Shown piece after piece: positions 27,043 to 40,957 of a DNA stretch of 64,000 nucleotides. Location of the stretch: positions 63,984,001 through 64,048,000 of the forward strand of contig NC_043003.1 in the NCBI RefSeq assembly GCF_006345805.1, read 5' to 3'. This stretch comes from Octopus sinensis (Eukaryota). The first letter of the stretch is position 1. Every line of letters starts with the position of its first letter. Both the position numbers and the translations under genes were made by a program. The notes beneath the pieces were generated by a model. It was not told the DNA's origin and ran no database searches. It worked only from the letters and a program-made list of their open reading frames with translations.

Positions 27043-27694
27043 TGAGTGTGTGTGTATGTATGTAAGCTTACGTAGTAGAAATACAAATATTTCGAATTTG
27101 GCTATTTCTTCCCTAGATTGCAAAGAACGATGAGCAGTCTTAATCAGAGGTGTTATATATATATATATATATAATATATATATATATATAATATATATAT
27201 ATAATCACTTGACCAGTACCAGGGAAACAAGCAGCCGATCCGTTTAAATCGACATTAAATCCAGTCGCTTCAGAGGATCGGCGTTCTTAATTTGTAAGCT
27301 GTTAGTGTTGGAAACTTTATTTATACATATGTTCATATAAACATACATACATACATACATACATACATGCACATCCATAGATACGCACATGTACACATAC
27401 ATACGCACACGTACATGCATACATACACACATACATACATAAATAAATGCATACAAGCATACATACATACACACATATACATATACATATGTGCATGCAT
27501 ACATGCTTACATACACACACGCGTCCATATATGCATGCATACCTATATACATACGCACGCGCATACATACATGCATACATCCGCATGCACGCACGCATAC
27601 ATACATACACACACACATACATACATAAATAAATACATATACGCATACATACATACACAAATACATACATACAAACATACATACATACACATTG

Positions 27695-27975
27695 ATATTC
27701 ATATTCATACCAGTAATAATTGGAACACTAGGTTGTGTTAGTAAATGCCTAAAGGAGAATCTGGATAAACTGGGATTCTCAGAAAGAGAAATCGACCGGC
27801 TGATTCGTACATTACAAGTGAAATCTGTGAGTGGAACAGTAAAGATATATGCAAGACTTTTCTCAAGTTCCAAATGCGAATTTCTCTGTGTTAACTACAT
27901 CCCCAAAACGGAGTCATGTATCTTAGTTGGAAACCTGTTCCCTCTTCAGTGGAAGAGTTATAATAATCAAAAAAT
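27695..27975 (+). mobile_element. 3' end of an R4/Dong-like LINE (RLE C-terminus)
   Basis: FIPVIIGTLGCVSKCLKENLDKLGFSEREIDRLIRTLQVKSVSGTVKI is typical of the 'P.IIGALG' RLE terminus; ends in a taataat tail. Confidence 0.75.
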
Positions 27976-28711
27976 AAGAGATACATACATGCATACATAC
28001 ATACGTATATACAGACGTACATGCATTCATGTGTGATATACATAGTGAAAAGGCAGCGTAACAAAATGGCTAACTAGTTCCCTTCGTATTCGCGAGTTCT
28101 TGAGTTGCATCCTGTACTGTAGCTTCTTGCCTTGGATCAAGCAACATAGTCACTGAATAGACAGATACTTTGCAGAAGCCTCTGTGTGTGTGTGTGTATG
28201 AACTGTATGATTCTGAATAAAAAACGGAAATCCTCTGCTAATCCTATTGAGCAACAGTTGTCAACTAGGATCCAGATGATCCTTGGAGGAAGTATGGAGT
28301 CCGTGTGACCTTTGGGGGTTTATCTGACCCTTAAGAGTTCAGAATATAAGGTTTCAGTGTTAAAATTTTATGTGCAATAAACTTGGTTTACTCCACTGTC
28401 ATGTTTTTGTTCCCAACTTTGACCCTCCATAAATTCTAAATTTCATTTTAGAATTTATAGGAGCAACTATCTTTGAAGACTCATGTTGGCGTTGAATGCT
28501 CGAAATGAGGAGTAGACAGACAACTGACAACTGTTGGAGGGTTCTTTCTCTGTGATACGTTGTCCCGTTTTCCTTTTTTTCCTCTTTATTTACGTATTTC
28601 ATATTGTCTGAATCGTTGGTGACGTCCTGTACCCGTATATGTATGTATGTATGTATGTATATGTGTGTGTATGCATGTATACTATATATTATTTACTATA
28701 TATACATACAT

Positions 28712-28745
<34 letters not shown>

Positions 28746-30221
28746 ACGTCGGGCTTCTTTCAGTTTCGGTCTACCAAATCCACTCACAAGGTTTTGGTCG
28801 GCTCGAGGCTATAGTAGGAGACACTTGCCTAAGGAACCGATAGAATAAGTACTTGGCTTGCAAAGAATAAGTCCCGGGGGTCGATTTGCTTGACTAAAGG
28901 CGGTCTTCCAGCATGGCTGCAGTCAAATAACCTAAACAAGCAAAAGAATTAGCTCATAGCATAAGATGCAGGAATTTTTAATCAATGGAGTATGTTAAAC
29001 TGTTGAAAGTTTTCGCTGACGCTAATTATTTACTTGGACACGTGTGGTGTTGTTTTGTTTGTGAATGTGTGTGTGTATGCGTGTATGTGCATGTGTGTAC
29101 GCATATATGTCGTGTGTATGTTTGTGTGTATGCGTGTGTGCATGTCAATGTGTCTGTGTGTGTGTGTGAATGTTTGTGTGTGCATGTGTGCGCGTATGTG
29201 AGCTTGTGTGTGTGAGTGTGAATTTGTGTGCGTATGTGAATTCGTGTGCGTGTAGAATTGTCGGTATTCTTTGATATATATAGAAGTTACCAGTACACAA
29301 CTATACGTTTGCCATTCTTATAACGATAGAAGTAAAAAAATATCAAAACTACACAAAACCGAAATATAACTAAAAAAAATTTTTTTTAAAGAAACAAAAA
29401 AGGAAAAAATAACAAAATAACTAACCTTAGAAAACTGACAATTATTTCCACAGAAAACGACAGACGTAAAATTACAGATTTTTTTTTTTAAACGCTTCAA
29501 CGTCCTCTTTTTTTATATCTGTATAACTTAAATCCAACTTCGACCGCATCATTATATATCTATATTACATCGCATCATTATATCTATGTAACTTCAATCC
29601 AGCTTACGCTACATTATTCGCGTCATTATATATCACCCACATCGTTTTACGCGATCGTATGTGGTTCTAATTGCCTTATAGTACTAATCAAATCAATTTA
29701 CACTACATCAGACTACTGTATCCCACTCCGCCTCATTTTCGACATGTCCCATGCATCTGAATAAAAGTTACTACCGCCTCGTTATACGACATCCTTGATA
29801 CCACTCTACGAAACATCAACGTTCTCAACAACACTTTTACAAACTTCAGAAAGACGTGATGGAATGATTTAGTTTTAGAATTGACAACACCACAGCTATC
29901 AAACATAGACACTGCAGTGGCCGAGGAGGTAGAAGGTTGCATTCCCGATTTAGCGATCGTGTGTTCGATTCACGAACCGAGCGGTGCATTTTGTTCTTGA
30001 GCAAAACACTTCATTTCTGATCCTCTAACGGTAAAGCCTTCCGATCGGGGGCAGGTGGAATCTTGGCCTACTCGCTTAGCCAGTGGGGTGTAGCCACTCG
30101 AAAGCTAAAACAAGTCAAAACACATCGTGACCAGCGATGTGTAACAACATCCGATAGCGTGATACTATGACACACATACACACACATATTTTTAAAAGAA
30201 AAAAATTTAAGTTATTAACTA

Positions 30222-30362
30222 TTAGGTTGTCCCAAAAGTTCGTAAACACTTACGAAAATTGAATTTTTACTCGCCAAGTACTAACAAAAACAACAAAAAT
30301 TATTCCTCAAAATAAAGACTATTATTTTCCAAGACTTTCTACGAACTTTTGGGACAACCTTA
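30222..30362. mobile_element. Mariner-derived MITE (141 bp)
   Basis: TA-flanked TIRs ttaggttgtcccaaaagttcgta / tacgaacttttgggacaacctta. Confidence 0.88.
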
Positions 30363-30415
30363 TATTTAAAAAATAATAAATCTCTGAACGAGGTATAAAC
30401 AGTAACTGCACGACA

Positions 30416-30625
30416 ATGTGAGGTATATTTGCCATCTCAATATGGCTAACCACTAAGGGTGGGTGTTACTGTAGCTTGTAGCCCCAGGAGGACATCGTCT
30501 CCAGTTGGCTTTAGGCGAAAGTGTGCCTAAAGCCAGCTGAAGACGATGTTCTCCTGGGGCTACAAGCTACAGTAACACCCACCCTTAGTGGTTAGCCATA
30601 TTGAGATGGCAAATATACCTCACAT
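30416..30625. repeat. Near-perfect 210-bp palindrome (101-bp arms, 8-nt loop)
   Basis: atgtgaggtatatttgccatctc..ttaggc-gaaagtgt-gcctaa..gagatggcaaatatacctcacat; three mismatches counted. Confidence 0.95.
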
Positions 30626-30759
30626 ATTTAAAAAATACATCTACGGAACTAAATATCACAAACATTTAGGAAAGAAGTTTACGTATAGTGCGTATGTTTA
30701 TGTGTACGCGCTTTCGCTGTTCAACTTTTCAAAAACATGTGTTCTACGCTAATGCTTGT

Positions 30760-31975
30760 AGAGGAAGTTGCTTTTACAAATGGTGTTGCCTATTTCCCGT
30801 TTAGTTTCGGATTTAGAATTACTATGAGGTATTTTTCTTTTCCTTTCGCAGTTGATCATTTTCGTTTTTTTTATTTTGTAGAAAGGATATATTTTGAATA
30901 TTCCATTTGCACAAATATACGGATGTTTACTACATGTAATATTTCTAAAGATGACTCTTTAACTTGCTGTTGGTGCACGTTCACACGGCTTGTCAATTTT
31001 GTTCTTGTTTCTCCAATGTATTTCTCGTTGCATTGTGGGCATGTGATACAGTAGATGAGATCTCTTGTTTCGCAAATCATGTTTGCATTCACTTTTACTT
31101 AATTCCTTCTCTTTCTTGAATTTTTTGGTTGTTCCCTGTTCAATTATTTCACATGCTTCACATCGAGGGTCTCAACAGATTATTACCCGCATTAGTTCTT
31201 TCCCAATGTGGATTTGGTGGTTGTCTGCGGTTGTTGATGACCTGTGATTTTTTAAAACTATTTGTCGGAAATTCGATGATTGATGTAGAATTGGGAGGTA
31301 TCTTTTTGGTGGAATGTAGAATGTTGTGTTTCCAAGGATTCTGGGCGACTACAAATGGAATATTTGCATTTGTATTTTTGTTTCCGACCTCTATGTAAAT
31401 GTTTCTCTGATTGGCTGGTTTTGAGATTTCTTTCACTCTGGTTATAGCATTATTTATTAGGTTAAGATATTTCTGTTTTTTTTTCTTTTTAAGGAACGTG
31501 TTTCGCTTTACAAATCGTTTCTCTCGCCTCTTCGTGTCTGTAAATATTGAGCATATACGTCTTGCAACACTGAATTGTATGTTTCTTTTCGTGTAGGAAG
31601 GGTGGCAAAATCTAAAATCTAATTATTGGTGTGTGTTTGTGTTCTTGCAGTAGAGATCGGTTGTAACTATATCATTTTCCTTAATTATTAGAATGTCCAG
31701 AAAAGGGAGTTCCTTTTCATTCATTTCCTTAGTGTACTGAATCGATTCATGAATGCTGTTTATTAATTTAAGGAATCTTGCAAGCCCTGCCCCACCTTAC
31801 TTTTTTTAATTCCAAAATATGAAGCAGTCATCTAAGAAACTTTTCCAGTCCTCAATTAAATAGCATTGGAAATGTTAATCAAAAGTAATTCTAGATTTTT
31901 CTTCCAGGTATTCCATAACTGATGTTGCAAACGTCGATGTGACTTTCGTTCCCATCGCTGTGCCTCGTAGTTGTA
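30760..31975 (-). mobile_element. Penelope-like retroelement relic (RT plus GIY-YIG)
   Basis: Minus strand: QLRGTAMGTKV, WKSFLDDCF, ELPFLDIL, CHPSYTKRNIQFSVARRICSI, then LIYCITCPQCNEKYIGETRTKLTSRVNVH. Many stops and frameshifts. Confidence 0.9.
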
Positions 31976-32329
31976 AATTAAATCTTTCTTTAATTATTGT
32001 CACTGTAACAAGTATGTTTTTTGCAAAACATTTACACACACACACACATATATATATATAGTTTTATTGTTTTCCTAGTTTTAGTCATTAAACTAGTTCC
32101 ATGGTGAAACATTCTCTTCTAGGTTGTAGTTGGTTACATTGAATCCATTCCAGAGTTCCCTCGATAGAATGTGCCCCCAATTAGCCATGTATCAGAAAAT
32201 AAGCAGTGTTAAGTTGCCCTGTAATTTTCGTTAATATTTCAGTGATAAGGCTCATTTGGTCCTCGTAATTTGCATCATGACATCAATGAAAATTTTAAAA
32301 ACCAAAGATTAAGCATGCGTGATCCTATC

Positions 32330-33500
32330 TGTGAACAAAACAGTCGATGTTATTGGGAAATCAGAGAGTCGTGCTTCGATTGGAACAGTTTGTGAAAAGA
32401 TTGGTGTTTAAGAGAAGTGTTGATAGATTCACTACATTTTCTTGAAAATACAATTTTGATGCAAATTCTCAATCTTCTACTAGTGAAAGGAAGCGTTTGA
32501 AAGCTACAAAAGATACGAACCGTTACAAGTGCAGAGATGAAATGATTTTTTGACTTCGTCACCGCGTTTTCGACGATTCTGTGGTAACAATGTTTGTGAT
32601 GCAGAAATTCAAAGTACTGCAGCCAAACATGTTAAACATGGGTATCGACAATTCCATAGCTAGTGATGGGTATTTAATAATTGCCATAGAAATGATAATA
32701 AAATTATGCATAGTGAAGCGCGTAGTACACCATCCTAGGGAATCGAATCGCGTTAAAGATATCAACTGACTTAATTAACATTGAAATCTTAACTCTCTAC
32801 TGGGAAAATTGGGTAAAACTGAATTGTATTGGCGTTCATTACTCAAAAATAGCCGAGATGTTAAAAATAAACCCTGCGCACCTCATGCTAAATAAACATT
32901 TTTGCAAATGCAGATGTTGTGGGCCACATGACGTAATATCACACCTACAATTGAAGGGATCACCACTCTTAGTGGGAGAATAAAGATATTTCTTAGCAAG
33001 GTGATTTTGAGGAATTTGAGGCAAGAAACCTTCATTTTAATACTTCAAGTTGTAAGTGAGATATCAGTGAAGACGACATCAGAATCTGACGTAGAGAGGG
33101 GACCCTGGATATCGAGTATTAATAGAAGACATAGCAGAGTGTGTTCTTGTTGGTAACTACAGAGATACAGAGAATGATGAAAATGATAAACCAGCCCAAG
33201 AAATTCATGCTTTCTTTTACAAAGGAATCCTTTGATTGCGTTATTTTGTACTTTTGACTTGTCAAAAGAAACCAATATTCAGTAATACTCACATTATCTT
33301 TGAGCTTATTTCAAAAGAAATCACCAGGAAGGTATACAACTGAAACTCGACATCTCTTTCAGCAGCGACGTTGCAGTTGCTAAGCTTGCTGACGACAATA
33401 CTGATGAATCAGCGGCAACGATCTCAGCCTCTCTTCAAACACGCCAACCTTCTACAAGTGGGAGACCAGCCTCAATGGAGTTTCATAGCTCTGCTACCAC
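32330..33500 (+). pseudogene. Highly degraded pogo/Tigger (CENP-B-like) transposase relic
   Basis: Traces RASIGTVCEKIGV (HTH), ERKRLKAT, GIDNSIASDGYL (like F.AS.GWL), and an acidic C-terminal stretch. Confidence 0.45.
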
Positions 33501-33760
33501 ATAAAGACAAATGACTTCTATCTCCATCCTAACGCTACATCAGCCTTATCTGTTATCTCCTACAAAAATGAAATTAACAATTTACAGTATCAATATTAAA
33601 ATTTCTTTTTAATTTTTACATACAGTGATGAGTTTATGAAATATTCAAATGCTCTATATCGATAAGAATGTAATACCAATTTAAATATTTGTAGTATTTT
33701 TGCAATTCTGTTATTGTTTATTGTGTTCAGCGTACGGTGTATATAATTCCAATATCGTAT

Positions 33761-33853
33761 ACCGCACGTAATTTCAATATTGTATTCATATACCGCACGT
33801 AATTTCAATATTGTATTCATATACCGCACGTAATTTCAATATTGTATTCATAT
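33761..33853. repeat. Perfect minisatellite, 3 x 31 bp
   Basis: accgcacgtaatttcaatattgtattcatat repeated three times. Confidence 0.95.
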
Positions 33854-36800
33854 ACGGTTAACTCTTAGCATCTATTAAATCGAACATTCGTTTAAAATAG
33901 ACACCGTTCTCCTTTACTTAAACGACTTTAACGAAAGTACACTGTACTTGATTCATCATTGACCTAGTAAAAGTGAAACGGAAGGTGGTTATGAGTGGGA
34001 TTTGAACTCTGAACGTAACCAAAAATCACTATATATATTTTTATATCTGGTGTTCTAAGTGTGCGTGTGTATGTATGTGTAGGTGGAGGTAGGTGAGGGG
34101 TACAGACACGCACAAAAAAGCCATGCATGTCTCCGAAGCAATTAAACTCGTAATCTTATTTGTCTTACAACGAAATCAAGGAAAGATCAACCACGTTGAT
34201 CAAAGAAAGTAAGGGCAAACCGAACGGATTGAAAAGTATTTAGAACAATCCCTGTGGCAATTTTAACAAACGAAAGCGTAGGAGAAACATCGCGAATGAA
34301 AAAATCTGTATAGTAAATGAAAGGAAATGTCTACAATATATGTACATGACTCTACATTCATTTACTATTACGAATTGGGTCGACTTTTAAGATGAGTGCA
34401 AAAATATGAGAAAAACATCGGCCAGTTTGCTTTAGCAATATATAAAGAAGGTTGTTATTTTAGATGTAAAGATAAGCCGAAAAAAGAAAAAGAAATAATG
34501 ATAACAAGCTGGAAATACAATCATTTGATGTTTCCTCATTCATCTTGGGATGAATATCAAAATGTTATCTCACAATATACGTATGGGTCGTATTTCTTAG
34601 ATAAGAATCCAATACTAATTTCAATATTTATATAACGATTGTCCGATATTAGATCTCTTTTTGTTATAACTAATATTCAGAAAATAAGTGATAATAAAGA
34701 ACATTAACATCCTTTTTATTACAATAAATTCTTACATAAAAAATACCAACAACAAAAAATACCTTTGAATCTTTGATGTATCCAAGTTGGCTTCGGAAAT
34801 TTCTGCAAATTTAGAATAAAAAGGAATGCAAATATCTTAAACGCAAGTGTTGGCCGGTGTGGTTAAGATGCTCGCTTTGCAGCCAGGTGGTTTTGGGTTC
34901 GGTCCCACTGCATTGCAGCAAGTATTTCACTATAACTCTAGTGAGTAAATTTGTAAAACGGAAACTGTGAGGAAGCCAGTTATGTGTGTGTGTGTGTGTG
35001 TGTTTGCATGTATGTAACAGTAGTAAACACGAATGGCGTATCGTGCCAGCACTTGAAGTCTACAATGTTGATTTATTTCACCATGTGGTTTTTACCTAGC
35101 CATTTTCTAGCGTCTTACGTGTTAATTGCCTTGATTCCATAGAAATGCTTATAACTAAGTTATATATATATATATATAAATATATGTACACTAATTTTCT
35201 ATGAAAAGTATGTTGTCTATCAACTATTTTATGCATGCTAGCCACTGGTAGCAAAGAAACACGTGTGTATGTGTCTTTGTGTTTGCTATTTGTCCTCCAT
35301 CGCCGCTCGATAAATGGTGCTGATATTTTTAAGTCCCCCATAACTTAGCAGTTCAACAAAAGAGAATGACAGGAAAAGTACCAGCCTTAGAAATAAGTAT
35401 TGGGGTCGATTTGTTTAACTAAAAACCCCTAAGGTGCAGCACCAGCATGACCACAGTCCAGTAAATGAAACAAGTAAACAATAAACAATAACATGAAACG
35501 AGTCATGTTACCAAAGGCGACAGAGGCAAATGATAAGACTTAATGGTAGGATGTGCCATTATGTACAAATGTCAACAGAGCCAGGCCACATATCTGTATT
35601 CTGTAGAGAGAGTGCTCTCGACCCCAGGACTTATTCTTTCGGTCTCCTTTGCTGAACCACTAAGTTACAGGGACGTAAACACACCAGCATTAGTTGCCAA
35701 GCGATGTTGGGGGGACAAACACAGATACACAACATATACACACAACTTTCTTATCTATATATATATATATATACTTCTTTCAGTTTCCATCTACCAAATC
35801 CACTCACAAGGTTTTGGTCGGCTCGAGGCTATAGTAGAAGACACTTGCCCAAGATGCCATTAGTGGGATTGAACTCGGAACTATGTGGTTGGTAAGCAAG
35901 CTACTTACCACACAGTCATGCCATTTCAGTTTTCATGTACTTACCATCTTCAGTGAAGGAATGAAGAATTTTGGGGATTTGAAGGAGTAACAGCTTTGTT
36001 TTTGGAATGTGGTTTAGGCTGATTTTTCTGCTTGTTTTTCTTTCTATTTTTTTTTTTTTTCTTTAGTTAACCAAATAAGGAGTGATTTCTTTTGGAATCA
36101 ACAAAAGATAGGAGGCAATGGTAAAAACTTTAAGTAATGGAATCTAGCAGTAGATGAACTCTGCTACAATGTTTATTAATTAACATAGAAAATAGTTTGA
36201 TCAATTCTGACATTAAAAGCTTTCCTGAAAGAATAGATTGTTTATTTGAATGAAATGCATTTTAAATACATTTAAACTATTTTATTAAAAAAACAGAGAA
36301 TTTTCTTTTCTTTGTTGCTTTTTTTAAAAATTTTCTTCATTTAATTTTGTTTCACTGAAAATTAACAGAAAACTGGTTATAAAGAAAACTATGAGCAAAA
36401 TAAGTAAAGAGAAGATTGAAGTCAGTCTTGAAGCTAAGGAAAGAAGACGACATAATGGTTTTTAAAAACAATACATATTGAGTTACAGTTCCTTTACATC
36501 ATCCCATTTTTACACACACACACACACTACAAAAAGAAAAAAAAGAGAAAGAAAGAAGAAAGCAAACACAAACAGGACAAATTTTAATCAAATTTAGTCC
36601 CTCGTTTTCTGGCAAAAAAACAGAAATTGCTTATTTTTGCACGCAATCAATCAATATTACTTAATCTTCTTCCAAAATGTACCACTTATACTCCTAATTC
36701 AGTAATTTCAAGCTACAACTAGTTTCTTTATTTCTACAAAAAACCAGATACGGTCCGTTGTGGGATTTACTATAAATGAGAAAAACGTCAGTCATTTCAC

Positions 36801-37519
36801 CACTGGATTTTCAGACTAAATGCAAAAGTAACTTTATGATCAATAAATCTTTCCATACACTTCCTAACAAATGACTGAGCAATGTCCTTCCATGCGTTAT
36901 TATCTATTCTGTCTCTAATTTCCAATTCTCTCTCTCTATTCATTTCCATTGACTGCTCTAAACCAGTTTCCTAAACTAAGCTGCAATGCCGTCAGCATTC
37001 TAAGCTTGCTACATATATACTAACATGGTGAAAAACAGGCAAATCGAAAACCTTATGCTTTCTCATTAGAGCTAAAGAATGCTCTAAGCCCCTGCAGCTT
37101 TCCTACCCAGAATAAGTTTCAAATTTAAGCAGTCGCAGGGAAAAAAAAAATTTCAAAAATGAAAAAAAGAAAATTATTCTCAAGCTCTTGCAAACATGAT
37201 GATAAGAAAGAGGGTTGTCGTCGTCGTGGTCATCGTCATCATCATCATCATCATCATCATTTTGTGGCTGTGTAGTTTGCTTCCCGACCACATGGTTTTG
37301 GGTTCAATCCCTCCTTGATAGATTATAACTTCTACTATAACCCTGGGTCAGCCAAAACCCTGTGAGTCAATTTGGTAGAGAGAAACTGAAATAAGCCCAT
37401 CACGTATGTATGTATATATATATATATATATATTGCCACCATTACCACCACTACCACCATTGTTGTCATCATCATCATCATCATCATCATTGATCATCAC
37501 TTAACCTCCGTATTCCATT

Positions 37520-37930
37520 CTTATTTCTTTATTGCCCACAGGAGGCTAAACATAGAGGGGATAAACAAAAGGGATTAAGTCAATAACATTGATCCCAGTG
37601 TGTAACTGGTACTTATTTAATTGACCCCGAAAGGATGAAAGGCTAAGTCAACCTCGGCAGAATTTGAACTCAGAACGTAGCAGCAGACGAAATACCTATT
37701 TCTTTATTACCCACAAGGGGCTAAACATAGAGGGGACAAACAAGGACAGACATAGGTATTAAGTCGATTACATCGACCCCAGTGCGTAACTGGTACTTAA
37801 TTTATCGACCCTGAAAGGATGAAAGGCAAAGTCGACCTCGGCGGAATTTGAACACACAGCGTAACGGCAGACGAAATACCGCAAAGCATTTCGCCTGGCG
37901 TGCTAATGCTTCTGCCAGCTTGCTGCCTTA
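37520..37930 (-). mobile_element. SINE family A, dimeric copy
   Basis: Two successive reverse-complement Nin-like cores. Confidence 0.85.
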
Positions 37931-39546
37931 CGTCCATATTCCATTCTGGCATGGGTTGGATAGTTGGACAAGGGTCTGGTAACTTGACAAACTGCATTGT
38001 GCTGTAGGATTTGCTTTGACATGGTTTCTAAACTCGATGCCCCTTCCTAACACCAACCACTTTCAGTGTATGTACTGGATGCTTTTTTTCATGCCACTGG
38101 CACTATTGAGGTCACCATTATAGCTTGCAAGCCAATAAACCCTGGGAAGGAAGGAGTAGGATGTATCTGTATATTAGATGGGGGTATGAGGAAAAAGTTT
38201 AGGATAGGGTGGGTTGCTACACTAAACTCTTCCCTCATACTCCCATCTAATATATGGATGTTGCATCCATATATTAGATAGAGGTATGAGGGAAGAGTTT
38301 AGGGTAGAGTGGATTGCTGTTGTAAAGGTATTATAAGGCTGCTCGCATTTAGGGGAAAGGGAGAGAGAGAGAGAGAGAGAGTGAGAGGATGTATATATGT
38401 ATGTATATGTTTGTGTTTGTTCTTGTCTCAGCATCATGGGATAGTTATAATCACAAATGCAGCTGGGAGAGGGTCTGTAGGGTTATAAGGAGCACCATTG
38501 TCATACAAGTGAAGTCCCCCACCACCGTTTCCAGTCTTCCCTGAAAATATGCCCAGCCCTGGAGAAATATTACCTTGCTTGCAAACAGGTAAAGGTTGGC
38601 AACAGGAAGGGTATTTAGCCATAGAAAATCTATCTGCCTCAGTCATAGAATGGGATCAATGGGAGTTGATTATGATTTTATTCAACATATTCCCCTCTCA
38701 CATTCACACACTTACTGCAGCAGTCCTTCAGGTTTTCTAAGCTCTGCAAAAGAACTTGGAAGGTTGGGCTTCCAGCCAGGCCTTTTGCGATACCTTTGAA
38801 GCAAGGAACTCTTCAGAACCCCTTTATATATAAGGATTTTAAAGTCTAATGTACCTTTCCTTTCATAAACTGCTAATGTGAATTGAGTGACTACTAGCTG
38901 CCTTTTCTAGCAAGTCAAGCACATGGCAGTGGTTTCCTTCCTTGTTCGCTCATATATTCTTTACTTATTTGCAAAGCAATGAGTACTCCAATACTGAGAT
39001 TTTCTGCAACAATGTCTGATATACATCATAGCCAAAAAGGATATGTATAATCCTATTATTTCTCTCAATTTCTTTATTTTCCTGTGCTTTTGTTACATAA
39101 AATGGTAAACACCAGCTGGACTATATATACACACATACACACACACACACACACATATATATGTATATATGTGCACACATATGTGTGTGTGTAGATATGT
39201 ATATGTATGTGAGTATATATGTGTGTATATAAATACATATATATATATACATATACTCACATACATCATCATCATCATCACGTTAAACAATGATGATGAT
39301 GATGATGTATGTGAGTATATGTATATATATATGTATGTATATAATATATATATGTATATATGTGTTGTGTGTATATATACATATATGTATGTATAAATAC
39401 ATATATATATATATATTTGTATGTATGCATGAATGTATATATGGATATATATATATATATATACACGGATACATACATATATATATATATACACAGATAT
39501 ATATATATATATCACAAAGATATATATATATTATATATATATTCAG

Positions 39547-39586
<40 letters not shown>

Positions 39587-39819
39587 TATATATGTATGTA
39601 TCTATACACACACCACACCACACATATATATGTATAAACATATATATATATATATATATATTATATTATATATAGGCATACATATGTATATATGTATATA
39701 TATATTGTGTGGTAGAACTTCTCTTTATGAAACTACACTAATTCCAAAAGGTATTTCTTTTCCCACGCAATGTTGTTATTGTTGTCGGATGATGTTATTG
39801 TTTTTGTTTTGTGTTTGTG

Positions 39820-39902
39820 TTAAATCTTTCCATTATTTCTACAAGCAACCAAACAACAAAGAGTTTGGGGATTTAGGGAATCTGGGATCATTGTTTCCAA
39901 GA
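39820..39902 (-). CDS. Host gene, predicted last coding exon: (V)LETMIPDSLNPQTLCCLVACRNNGKI*
   Basis: Very strong acceptor tatttttcttttcttttag. Its phase matches the 1-nt overhang of the exon at 49227-49281. Ends in TAA. Confidence 0.55.
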
Positions 39903-40456
39903 CTAAAAGAAAAGAAAAATATAAAATTTTGTAAGATTGAAAATAGTTTTTTGCACAATTCACAGAAAATTTCTGACAGGAGATGCAACAGAAATGCTTG
40001 TGTTGTGAATAAAACCATTCTTGTTAGTTCTCTGGAGTAAAATGCCACAGGAATTTCACTTTGGAAGAGAAGAGACTCCAGATTTGTTAAATTAGTATTT
40101 TATCGATCTTGATATGAAATTGGTTTCTTCTCTTCAATGAATGTGGAATATCTGTGCGTCCGAGACATTTAGAAATTCTTTTGAGCTTTTGTGTTATTTT
40201 GTATTCAGTGATTTTGCTCCCATCATCATAATATCATCATCACCATCATAATCCTCATCATTATCATAATCATCATCATCATCTTCATCAACATAGTCAT
40301 CATCATCATCATCATTTTGATATCCTGTCCATGCATAGTTGGATGAAATTTATTAAGCAGATTTCCTACAGATCAATGCTCTTCCTGATGCCAGCCCTCA
40401 TCTGTTTCCAAGTACGATGATATTTCCCCAATCCTTCACTTTTTTTTTTAAGAATA

Positions 40457-40957
40457 GGTGCAGGAGTGTATGTGTGGTAAGTAGCTTGCTTACCAACCAC
40501 ATGGCTCCAGGCTCAGTCCCACTGCGTGGCACCTTGGGCAAGTGTCTTCTACTATAGCCTCGGGCCGACCAAAGCCTTGTGAATGGATTTGGTAGACGGT
40601 AACTGAAAGAAGCCCATCGGTATATATATATATATATATATATATCTATATATAGTATATATATATATACTATATATATAATGTTGTATATATATATATA
40701 TATATATAATATATTATATATGTGTGTGTGTGTGTGTGTGTGTATATGTTTGTGTGTGTGTTTGTCACCCCAACATCACTTGACAACTGGTGCTGGTGTG
40801 TTTACGTCCCCATAACTTAGCGGTTCAGCAAAAGAGACCGATAGATTAAGTACTAGGCTTACAAAGAATAAGTCCTGGGGTCGATTTGCTCGACTAAAGG
40901 TGGTGCTCCAGCATGGCCGCAGTCAAATGTCTGAAACAAGTAAAAGAGTAAAGAGTA
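40457..40957 (+). mobile_element. SINE family B, full length
   Basis: Head, expanded internal (TA)n(TG)n and tail. Sister copies lie at 43185-43578, 43832-44280 and 53948-54570. Confidence 0.88.

Noticed and set aside
36067-36120. 54-nt + strand candidate exon after a poly-T tract
   Set aside because: Weak donor (gtaaaa) and no neighbouring + strand exons; poly-T followed by AG is common here.
36797-36970. Minus-strand 57-codon frame ETGLEQSMEM..FSLKIQW* as the terminal exon
   Set aside because: Weak acceptor with competing AGs. The 49 kb and 39.9 kb exons give a better supported chain. It remains a possible alternative exon.
38716-38906. Minus-strand open frame ending at a consensus gtaagt donor
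   Set aside because: It lies downstream of the predicted stop, has no recognisable homology and has no convincing in-frame partner exon.
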